Part shown: piece by piece, positions 14,604 through 22,677 of the stretch
How positions within the stretch are numbered: position 1 is the first letter of the stretch
Layout: each line of letters begins with the position of its first letter
Source of the DNA: Alphaproteobacteria bacterium
GTDB taxonomy: Bacteria > Pseudomonadota > Alphaproteobacteria > CACZRW01
Assembly: GCA_017507765.1 (NCBI GenBank)
Contig: JAFWAG010000021.1
Location: 5,903-69,902 of the forward strand
Length of the DNA: 64,000 nucleotides
Reading direction: 5' to 3'
The notes under the pieces: generated by a model
Seen by the model: only the letters and a program-made list of their open reading frames with translations
Told to the model about the DNA's origin: nothing
Databases searched by the model: none
Program-made: the position numbers and the translations under genes

Positions 14604-15887
14604 ATGCCTATGACAACTCCTAATACAGATGATGATAAGCTTACAAAATCGGCAGAAAATATGGAAAAATCCGCTTTTGATGACGTTTTATCACCTAAAG
14701 TTGATAAGGGATTTTTTGCCGAAGAAGGTGAAGACCCACCTCCCAAAAAGCCGCTTATTAAAAGAATCCGGAAAAAAATCAAAACAGCCCTTAAAACCAA
14801 GTTTTTGCGCAGAGTTCTTTTCTTTGGAACTTTATCTGCTTCTATTATTATTGTCTTAGGCTATCTCTGGCTGTGTCTGGCAACGGAACGAGCCCTTCGG
14901 AATAACACGGTTTCTTTGCTTGAAAACCTTCAAACTCAAGGTTTTATAGTAAGTTACGACAGCATAGATTCCACTTATTATCCGTTCAGCAGCGGTATTT
15001 ATGTAAACAATCTTTCCGTAACCGCTCCGACATTCTTAGGCGGATGGAAATGGGAAATGGGCAAAGTTGCCGTTTCCACCTATCCGGTGATTTCAGATGA
15101 GCTTCTTATCAATGCCAAGGGAATGCAAAAGATTTCTCTTCCCAAAGATGATTATTCTTTGCAGTTTATAACCAAGGATATTGCCTTTAAAATAATCTCC
15201 AATCCAGAACAAGGCATGAGCAGTTTTGTCGGCACATTGGATTATTCAATGGCTCTTGCGCCTCAGAATATACGCAGTAGCGCTGTGTTAGCATCTGTTT
15301 CTTTCGCTGTGAAGAAAAAAAGCCTTGGAACCTATGATTTCAGCTTTGTTCTTGATGATTTGCAATTCCCAAACGAACATAAAAAACTTATTGTTGTCGA
15401 TGACGCAGCTTTAAGCGGATATATCAATGCTTTTGAAACTCGTGATACGATAAAAGATACGTTGCTGGATTGGCAGAAATCAGACGGCAGTATCAGCCTG
15501 CAAAAAATCCGCATAGATTGGGACGATTTTCAAATGCAAGGTGATGCGAATATAACTCTGGACGCAAATATGCAACCGGTTGTTGCCGGCATTGCCCGTA
15601 TGAAAGGATTTTTGGATTTTGTAAGTATGTTGGTTGACTATGGGATTGCGCCCAAAAAAGAAGCCAACATCGTAAAAATAGTTTACGAACAAGGCGCAAA
15701 AAGCACCGAAAAAGCTTTCCGTACCTTATTCAGTATTCAGCACAACAAGCTTTATATAGGCTATCTTCCGTTATTAAAGCTTCCTGATTTGCCTTTAAAG
15801 GAGATTGCTCTTACCCCTTCAGAGGAAGAAGATGAGGAAGAAGGCGAAGAAAACGAAGATGAAGCAAAAGAAAATCCGAAGAAATAG
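14604..15887 (+). CDS. hypothetical membrane-anchored protein (possibly DUF2125-like)
   Basis: 427 aa. The first ~65 aa are charged and look disordered, followed by a single TM helix (VLFFGTLSASIIIVLGYLWLCLA), a ~330-aa globular part and an acidic tail (EEEDEEEGEENEDE). The DUF2125 assignment is from memory of alphaproteobacterial proteins and is not verified. Confidence 0.5.
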   Translation: MPMTTPNTDDDKLTKSAENMEKSAFDDVLSPKVDKGFFAEEGEDPPPKKPLIKRIRKKIKTALKTKFLRRVLFFGTLSASIIIVLGYLWLCLATERALRNNTVSLLENLQTQGFIVSYDSIDSTYYPFSSGIYVNNLSVTAPTFLGGWKWEMGKVAVSTYPVISDELLINAKGMQKISLPKDDYSLQFITKDIAFKIISNPEQGMSSFVGTLDYSMALAPQNIRSSAVLASVSFAVKKKSLGTYDFSFVLDDLQFPNEHKKLIVVDDAALSGYINAFETRDTIKDTLLDWQKSDGSISLQKIRIDWDDFQMQGDANITLDANMQPVVAGIARMKGFLDFVSMLVDYGIAPKKEANIVKIVYEQGAKSTEKAFRTLFSIQHNKLYIGYLPLLKLPDLPLKEIALTPSEEEDEEEGEENEDEAKENPKK

Positions 15888-15899
15888 CCAAATAAAAAA

Positions 15900-15930
15900 G
15901 GGAAGAAACTAAATAATTTCTTCCCTTTTT
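15900..15930. terminator. bidirectional rho-independent terminator
   Basis: GGGAAGAAA (15900-15908) / TTTCTTCCC (15917-15925) with an 8-nt loop. Flanked by an A-run upstream and TTTTT downstream, between convergent genes. Confidence 0.75.
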
Positions 15931-15948
15931 ATTTAAAATAATCCGTAT

Positions 15949-16230
15949 TTATTTCTTTCGTTCATGAAAGCAGTAAAATAATACTACCGATGCGGATATT
16001 CCTCCGACACCGAAATTAAATACTAACGGCAGCTGTTCCAACATAGTCGGCGATATGTAAATCAAGCTGCAAACCGCACCTATAATCCACAATATCATGA
16101 ACCAACGGTTAACCCCGTGGGAGTGTCCTTGCCGTACACTGGTATAGGCTTGAGGTATGCAGGATATTGCATACGCAAAAGAACCAATCCAACCAAATAT
16201 CTGTAATATTCCGTGTTCCATTATTTCCAT
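15949..16230 (-). CDS. PQ-loop (SemiSWEET-like) small membrane protein
   Basis: 93 aa with three predicted TM helices and a PQ motif in helix 1 (AISCIPQAYTSVRQG). Its start overlaps the thrS stop by 10 nt on the same strand. Confidence 0.7.
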   Translation of the reverse strand: MEIMEHGILQIFGWIGSFAYAISCIPQAYTSVRQGHSHGVNRWFMILWIIGAVCSLIYISPTMLEQLPLVFNFGVGGISASVVLFYCFHERKK

Positions 16231-17969
16231 AACTCCAAGCTTTTAGTGTCATTAATTTCCTTCACATTAGCAATAAAATCAGCCAAAGGAATAGCATTTT
16301 TCTGGGTATTTTTTCTGTCTCGTACAGATATATTACCCGCTTCTACTTCTTTGTCGCCGATAATAATTGCATACGGTATTTTTTGGTTATGAGCCTCTCG
16401 GATTTGATAACCGATAGTATTGGACTTATTGTCCATTTCCGCACGGATACCTGCGTCCAAAAGTTCTTCGGTAATCTTTGCGGCATATTCACGGTGTTTA
16501 TCGGAAACCGGCAAGACTTTAACCTGTACCGGAGCAATCCAAACCGGAAAAGCACCGGCAAAGTTTTCGATTAAAATACCCAAGAATCGTTCCAAAGAGC
16601 CATATATAACTCTGTGGATTACGACCGGAGTTTTAAGCTGTCCGTCTTTGTCGGCATATTGACAGCCGAAGCGACCGGCAAGCTGGAAGTCCAATTGAGC
16701 CGTTCCCGTCTGCCATTCTCTGCCCATGCAGTCTTTCATATGGATATCGACTTTCGGACCATAGAAAGCGCCGTCTTTTTCTTTGATTTCGTAATTACCC
16801 TCGCCTACTCGTTCATCAAGGATATTCTTCAAGATGGTTTCTGCTTTATCCCAAACTTTCGGATCGCCCATAAAGTCGTCCGGCCGAGTAGAAAGCTTAA
16901 ACTCGCATTGAATACCAAATACTTTATAGAAGTAATCGGCGATATCGAAAATACGCTTGTATTCTTCTTCGATTTGGTCTTCGGTGATGAAGATATGAGC
17001 ATCATCTTGTTGGAACTGGCGAACTCTGAACAGCCCCATCAAAGCTCCGGAAGCCTCATTTCTGTGCAAAGTATCTACGTCCGAAAATCTGAGCGGCAAA
17101 TCCTGATAACTGCGGGTTTTAAGGTTAAACAGAACCATAGCATTCGGGCAGTTCATAGGCTTCAAGCCGTAAATCGTATCGTCATCTTCTTTGACCAAGA
17201 ACATATTTTCCCGATAATGATCCCAGTGGCCGGAAATCTCCCACAGATATTTATTATTTAATATCGGAGCGGATATTTCCTGATATCCTCTGCGTTCATG
17301 ATACTGGCGCCAAAAGTCCTTTAGTATGTTGATGATTTTCAATCCTTTCGGAAGCATATAAGGCGCTCCCGGAGCCGACGGATCAAAATAAAACAGTTCC
17401 AAAGCCTTACCGATTTTCCGGTGGTCTCGTTTTTCTGCTTCTTCAAGCATTTTTAAGTGTTCCCGCAGCTCTTTGGGAGAGGCAAAAGCCGTGCCGTAAA
17501 TACGGGTAAGCATCTTGTTCTTAGAGTTTCCCCGCCAATAAGCTCCTGCAACCGACAAAAGCTTTACGGCTTTAATGTCTCCGGTCGAAGCGACATGAGG
17601 GCCGGCGCACAAATCCACAAAAGAATCTCCCGTCCAATATACGGAAACCTGCTCTCCTCTGGCTTCGATTTCATCAAGCCATTCTTGTTTATAGGGATTG
17701 TCGGGGAAAAGCTTGCGGGCTTCGTCAACCGAAATCTCTTTGCGGACAATCGGAGCCTTTGCCGCAATAATTTTCTGCATTTCCTCTTCGATTTTTGGTA
17801 AGTCATCGATGGAGATTACGCTTCCTTCGGGAAGTTCGAAATCGCCGTAAAAGCCGTCATCAGTTGCCGGTCCCATAGCCATTTTTACTCCCGGATAGAG
17901 TTTATACATAGACTCGGCAAGTACGTGTTCGCTTGAATGGCGCATATCATGAAGAATGTCATTTTGCAT
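16221..17969 (-). CDS. thrS: threonine--tRNA ligase (lacks the N-terminal TGS domain)
   Basis: 582 aa. Starts at the editing-domain motif (DMRHSSEHVLA). Class II core motifs are present: KPMNCP, FRVRQFQQDDAHIF, VIHRVIYGSLERF. A C-terminal anticodon-binding domain is also present. Confidence 0.95.
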   Translation of the reverse strand: MQNDILHDMRHSSEHVLAESMYKLYPGVKMAMGPATDDGFYGDFELPEGSVISIDDLPKIEEEMQKIIAAKAPIVRKEISVDEARKLFPDNPYKQEWLDEIEARGEQVSVYWTGDSFVDLCAGPHVASTGDIKAVKLLSVAGAYWRGNSKNKMLTRIYGTAFASPKELREHLKMLEEAEKRDHRKIGKALELFYFDPSAPGAPYMLPKGLKIINILKDFWRQYHERRGYQEISAPILNNKYLWEISGHWDHYRENMFLVKEDDDTIYGLKPMNCPNAMVLFNLKTRSYQDLPLRFSDVDTLHRNEASGALMGLFRVRQFQQDDAHIFITEDQIEEEYKRIFDIADYFYKVFGIQCEFKLSTRPDDFMGDPKVWDKAETILKNILDERVGEGNYEIKEKDGAFYGPKVDIHMKDCMGREWQTGTAQLDFQLAGRFGCQYADKDGQLKTPVVIHRVIYGSLERFLGILIENFAGAFPVWIAPVQVKVLPVSDKHREYAAKITEELLDAGIRAEMDNKSNTIGYQIREAHNQKIPYAIIIGDKEVEAGNISVRDRKNTQKNAIPLADFIANVKEINDTKSLELWK

Positions 17970-18183
17970 AATAATACCTCGTAAGAATTATTTTATTGTT
18001 TTTATTAGGAATAAGATTGATTTTTGTACAGCTTGAAAATACCCCCTCAAGGGGTGGTAGTAAGACGAGTGGTAGTTTTATTAACAATCCAAGACATGGC
18101 TGTAAAATCCTTAATGCAATACTATCTTTCTTTTTAAGCCAAAAAGCATTAGAATACAAGCAAAAAATAAGAGGGAAAAACGT

Positions 18184-18360
18184 ATGTTTACAGAAGAAAA
18201 TGAAAATAAATACTTATCCGATGAAATAAAGATGCGTCCTGCCGAACGGGAACGCTTTATCAAACAAGCGGAAAAACTCCGCCGTAATATGGAGCTTAGG
18301 AAGAGGCAGCTTCGGGAAAGAGCGGAAATTACCCAAGAAAAAAAGGACGGAGAAGATTAA
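18184..18360 (+). CDS. possible small basic protein (58 aa), function unknown
   Basis: ATG 18184 preceded by GAGGGAAAAA. Encodes MFTEENENKYLSDEIKMRPAERERFIKQAEKLRRNMELRKRQLRERAEITQEKKDGED. It is below the 60-aa cutoff of the ORF track and I recognised no family. Confidence 0.3.
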   Translation: MFTEENENKYLSDEIKMRPAERERFIKQAEKLRRNMELRKRQLRERAEITQEKKDGED

Positions 18361-18391
18361 TTCCCCGCCCTTCCTTTTGCTTTGGTCAAAG

Positions 18392-19867
18392 CTATAAGGT
18401 TACCACTCCTTTGGAGAATAGTACCAAAGCAGAGATTGCAATCAAAATAATCGCAGTTGCCAATACTTTTTCTCCATTAGAGAATATCGGCTTTCCGTCT
18501 TTGGCTTCTTTTCTTGCCCAAACAAAGAATGGAATACCAACAGCCAAGAAAACCACCGCCATCAACAGATACGAAGGCCCTGCCGCATACAAAAGCCACA
18601 CGGCGAACAGCGAACCGACGATACCGCTGAACAAAGCATGACTGCGTTTTACGGCAAACCCGTTTGGATATTCTCCGTCCTCGCATATCTTCCACAAATA
18701 AGCCGTAGAAGTTAAATACGCAGGCAGAACCATGACGCCGGTAATGCTAAGCATTGTGTTCCAAGCATCATTAGAGAAGTAAACCAACAGCATTGCCAAC
18801 TGCATTACGGAACTGGTTACCCACAAAGATACAGCCGGAGCTTCATTTTTGTTGGTTTTAGCAAACACTTTCGGGAAAGTTCCGTTTTCTGCTGCCGCAT
18901 GAGGAATTGCAGCGGTAATCATTGTCCAAGCAAGCCAGCTTGACAATACCGCCACCAACATTCCGGCATTCATCAGCCAGCTTCCCCAAGGCCCTACCGC
19001 TCTTTCCAGAACTGCTGCCGTAGAAGGAGGAGCTGCCGCGGCAATTTCTGCCTGAGTCATAAAGCCAAACGGAAGCAAGGAAAGCAATGCATATATGCAC
19101 AAGCACCCGACAAAGCCGATTAATGTTGCTTTACTTACGGTATCTTGGCTTTTTGCTTTACCGGACATTACAACGGCGCCTTCAATACCGATGAAAGCCC
19201 ACAAGGTTACGAGCATGGTTGCTTTTACTTGTTCCGGAATACTTCCCAAATCTTTTTCTGCGCCATTAACCATATGTCCCCAGAAATCAAAAGAGAATTG
19301 ATCCAGATTGAACATAAAGATTAAAATAATGGCAAACAAGGTCAAAGCAATAAAGTTAACGGAAGTGCCGATAATATTCACAATCGTAGCTTGCCTTACC
19401 CCTTTAAGAACCAAGAAGTTAAACAGCCAGATAATTATCGAACCGCCGATAATGGAATATAGGTTATTTCCGCCTTGAAAATACGGAGGGAAGAAATAAT
19501 TTAAAGCATCCATAGTTATAACGGCATACCCGACATTTCCGAATATTTGGCATAACCAGTATCCCCAGCCGATAGTAAATCCGACATAAGGACCGAACCC
19601 TTCCCTGCTGTACATATATATACCTGCTTTCAAGTCAGGTTTTACCACGGAAAGAACTCTGAAGGTATTTGCGATAAAGTAAATACCTATACCCGTAACA
19701 ATCCACGCTATGATTATCGGACCGGCGGCCGCTACGCTTCCCATGTTTTGGGGCAAGTTATAAACTCCGCCTCCAATCATAGAACTTACTACGATTGCTG
19801 CCAGAGCAATAACTCCCAACCCCGCCGGATTGGTAGCCGTAGTGCTTTTTGCATTTTTCTGTATCAT
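18392..19867 (-). CDS. aaxC: APC-family basic amino acid antiporter (ArcD/AaxC-type arginine:agmatine or arginine:ornithine exchanger)
   Basis: 491 aa with about 13 TM helices. The N-terminal motif SSMIGGGVYNLPQNM and the GIYMYSREGFGPYVGF segment are typical of the ArcD subfamily. It lies immediately downstream of the pyruvoyl arginine decarboxylase gene. Confidence 0.8.
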   Translation of the reverse strand: MIQKNAKSTTATNPAGLGVIALAAIVVSSMIGGGVYNLPQNMGSVAAAGPIIIAWIVTGIGIYFIANTFRVLSVVKPDLKAGIYMYSREGFGPYVGFTIGWGYWLCQIFGNVGYAVITMDALNYFFPPYFQGGNNLYSIIGGSIIIWLFNFLVLKGVRQATIVNIIGTSVNFIALTLFAIILIFMFNLDQFSFDFWGHMVNGAEKDLGSIPEQVKATMLVTLWAFIGIEGAVVMSGKAKSQDTVSKATLIGFVGCLCIYALLSLLPFGFMTQAEIAAAAPPSTAAVLERAVGPWGSWLMNAGMLVAVLSSWLAWTMITAAIPHAAAENGTFPKVFAKTNKNEAPAVSLWVTSSVMQLAMLLVYFSNDAWNTMLSITGVMVLPAYLTSTAYLWKICEDGEYPNGFAVKRSHALFSGIVGSLFAVWLLYAAGPSYLLMAVVFLAVGIPFFVWARKEAKDGKPIFSNGEKVLATAIILIAISALVLFSKGVVTL

Positions 19868-19940
19868 CTGTATATGCTCCCTAAAAAGGTTATAACAGGT
19901 GCCGCAGATTATCCGCAGCTCCTGTTATAAATACTTTTGC

Positions 19941-20522
19941 TTATACTTTTACCGGCTCGGCATACTCAAAGTTCAAGAATCCGAGGCAGGTTAAGGAATA
20001 ACCAAAGTTTTGGGTAATGTTCACATAGTTATGGAAGAATTGGAAATCGCTGTGTTTTTCCACATCTCTTAACATAAGTTCATGGTTTAAAGATTTTGTA
20101 AGCCACATTTCGCAATGAGCCTTTGCAATATCATCATCAATGAAGGTATCAAAGAACTCGACATATTCGGCAGCCCAACCGCCGATAAACTTACCGTCTT
20201 TATCTTTTCCCCAACATATACCGACACCGGTAGCAATCGCTTTGTGTTCGGTTGCCGCCGCACCGTGTCCTGCCATAATTACTTCCAGCACCGCACCGTG
20301 TTTAAAGCTTTTTTCGACTTTTTCCACCGGCACGATATTGTTAAACAGTTCCGGAGGCAGAACGGAAGTATAAGGCACAACGTTAAAGTCCTGAATCTTT
20401 GCTTGCGTCAGAGCAGAGTCATAACAGAATGTTTCAAATGGCTGCGGAGGAATGCCGTCCTCTGCCAATCCTGCACCGCCGGTATGAAAAGCCAATGTCG
20501 GGTAACGAGTTCCTACAGTCAT
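19941..20522 (-). CDS. aaxB: pyruvoyl-dependent arginine decarboxylase (AaxB / PvlArgDC type)
   Basis: The ORF is open from 20612, but ATG 20522 has AAGGAG 7 nt upstream and gives a 193-aa product. [25 protein letters not shown] aligns with the archaeal PvlArgDC self-cleavage region (..NLIRISSIMPPE). A Thr52-Ser53 pair sits at the position reported for chlamydial AaxB. Confidence 0.85.
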   Translation of the reverse strand: MTVGTRYPTLAFHTGGAGLAEDGIPPQPFETFCYDSALTQAKIQDFNVVPYTSVLPPELFNNIVPVEKVEKSFKHGAVLEVIMAGHGAAATEHKAIATGVGICWGKDKDGKFIGGWAAEYVEFFDTFIDDDIAKAHCEMWLTKSLNHELMLRDVEKHSDFQFFHNYVNITQNFGYSLTCLGFLNFEYAEPVKV

Positions 20523-20734
20523 AATAAATCTCCTTAAAACAGAATTAAAAACAATATTAAAGAACTGCGTACCAATGCGCCGTTCCTGCGAATAAGGATA
20601 AAAGGAAACCACCCTCGGTCAAACTAGCCATAGAGTTATAGAAATAACAAAAAGCTTTGCAAAACAAAGCATTAGGTCAAACAAACATACTTAAGTATAT
20701 GTCTGGAGCAACTAATTCCAATTGCATTAACCTC

Positions 20735-20763
20735 TTTACAATTTTAAAAGTAGTGCATAGTAT
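20735..20763 (+). promoter_or_regulatory. candidate sigma70-type promoter for the phase-variable pilin-like gene
   Basis: TTTACA (20735-20740), a 17-nt spacer, then TAGTAT (20758-20763), about 43 nt upstream of ATG 20806. Confidence 0.35.
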
Positions 20764-20805
20764 AGAATTACTTTAATGACCCATGTTTATTTAGGGTGAG
20801 CAACG

Positions 20806-22661
20806 ATGTTTTCGGAAAAAATTAAACTTTCTACCCCCCCCCGCTAGGAAATTGCGCCGCCGCCGGTAGTATTACGGTTGAAGCGATTATAGTTTTAGGG
20901 CTTATAGCCGCCTTAACACCGGTACTTTATAAGCATGTATCTGACCGTCGTCAGGATATAGACAACATCAACGAAGCGAATCGTTTTCTTTTATTAAAGA
21001 AGGCGGCATCGGAGTATATTAGCAACCACCGCCACAGTTTAAGCGTTGGTAATACCGTTCTTGAGCCTGACGATATAGGGTTAGAGCTTACGGGTTATCA
21101 AATAGGCATCAGGAAAGAATCGGACGGGACGATAAATGCGATGATTGCCGCTACTTCTGGCGGCAATGATTTAAAAGCGGCGAAGGTTGCTTCATTATTG
21201 GGCGTTTCTGCGGGGATATATTCGGCTCAGGATAGCAGTAAAGCATGGGGTATCAAGGGAGTTTGGGCAGAGAACATAGCGAACTATGGTTTTACGAGTT
21301 TGCCGACTGGCATTACGGTTTTGACGACTGCATATAAGGAAGAAACCACCGGCGGGATTAACGAAGAACAGTTAAAAGAAATCATTGAGAGCACGTCTTA
21401 TGACACGTTAACGACCAAGAAGTTTTGCCTAGACAATCCGAATATACCGGAAGATGAACGGTGCGTAGAAGATTGGGATTTAGCCGTCATCAATCCGGTT
21501 GAGATTATTGACGGCTGTAATTCCGGCACGCAAAGTGCGTGTCAGAAGGGTTGGGAAAAGAATATCAATCGCAGTTGTGAGCAGATATCCCAAAGATATA
21601 AAAAGATAGGCTTTGCCGCCACTTCGGGGATATACAAAATCACCACCGGCGCAACTACCCAAGTTGAGAAAGCCTGTTACTTTGTGAATGGAGACCTCCC
21701 AACTAATGCTCAGTTAATCGAAGCGGCAAAAAGTAATGACATCGCTCGCAGATACGACTGGGAAAATAATAAGATTACGGCAAGCTGTACTTCTATCATC
21801 ACGAACTGGAACTCTGCCCCAAGCGGACTTTATACTCATGTAAGCGGAACAAGTACTTACAGTGGGTCTCAGCCATGCTTGTTTGTGGGCAGCCGACTTG
21901 CCAACAATAACGAGACTATCACGCAGTGTAACAGCGGAGGCGGAAGCAGTGTTGCTTGCCGCTACGGCTGGAAGTTTGATGTTAATCGTTCCTGCGCAAG
22001 GGTGATTGCCACATGGACGAGCGCACCGACAGGTTGGTATCAGATTACAACTTCTTCATCATCGAGTTCCGCCCCGTGTGTCTTTACGGGTAACCGTGTT
22101 GCCACCGCCGCAGAAGTCGTTGCTCAATGCAATTGGTCAACCACCAGCAGTGCCATGGCGAGCAGCGTCCAATGCCGTTACGGCTACCTCAAAGGCTATA
22201 ACACCAGTTGTACTAATGTCATCAACAACTACGCCGCCGGCAAAGGCATAGAAAACAGCATCGTATCTGCTAGTGGCGGCTGGCGCGAATGCTGCGATTG
22301 TTGTAAGACTTGTGCAAACATAGGTACAGTAAGCGGAGGCGAATGCAAGAATGTAAATGGTTGTGCTTGGGTACGGTCTACGTCAACTAAGAATTATTGG
22401 GATTCACAGACGTTCTGCAGTAATTTAGGCATGGAGTTAAAGTCCAAATCTCAATTACAAGCTGCCGGATTATGGAATATAGGTTCAAATCCGTTCAGCG
22501 TACCTAGATGGCATTGGACCACGGATGTTTGGAGTGGCAACTCAAGTTGGGGAGCCCACGTTTGGCTCGGTAATAGCAGTGTTAGCCATTGCCCGAGAAG
22601 CAATGCAGGTTGGTACGAGGGCTACCAGATCAACATCTACGCATTGTGTGGGCTAAAGTAG
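20806..22661 (+). CDS. prepilin-leader, Cys-rich-repeat, lectin-like surface protein; frameshifted at a poly-C tract (phase-OFF as sequenced)
   Basis: ATG 20806 reads MFSEKIKLSTPPR and then stops at TAG 20845. The adjacent frame is open from 20826 to 22661 and encodes ..AAAG|SITVEAIIVLGLIAALTPVLYKHV.., co-linear with the 611-aa paralogue at 59321. One extra C would restore a 618-codon ORF. The ORF track reports only the 506-aa part from internal Met 21141. Confidence 0.8.
20834..20842 (+). repeat. C9 homopolymeric tract (candidate slipped-strand mispairing site)
   Basis: Nine consecutive C counted directly at 20834-20842, inside the leader-peptide codons. It sets the reading-frame relationship between ATG 20806 and the long downstream ORF. 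Confidence 0.9.
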
Positions 22662-22677
22662 TACTATAATTAAAAAA

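Noticed and set aside
16614-17261. 215-aa plus-strand ORF inside thrS.
   Set aside because: It lies entirely antisense to the unambiguous ThrRS coding sequence and has no recognisable motifs.
18030-18075. Hairpin CCCCCTCAAGGGGTGG upstream of thrS, considered as a thrS leader/operator or attenuator.
   Set aside because: The stem is only 4-5 bp with a weak T-tract on the minus strand. There is no tRNA-Thr anticodon-arm mimic or T-box elements that I could recognise, so a regulatory call is not supportable.
22006-22251. 81-aa Pro/Arg-rich ORF in an alternative frame within the pilin-like gene.
   Set aside because: It is an artefact of the locally GC-rich, repeat-encoding sequence. The main frame is supported by paralogy with 59321-61156.
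21900-22320. Elevated GC in the 3' half of the phase-variable gene (hand counts of two 60-nt rows gave 52% and 60%, against visibly AT-rich flanks), considered as evidence of recent horizontal transfer.
   Set aside because: The enrichment is explained by the Cys/Gly/Ala/Ser/Thr-rich repeat composition, and it rests on a few hand-counted rows. There is no flanking mobility gene, tRNA or direct repeat.
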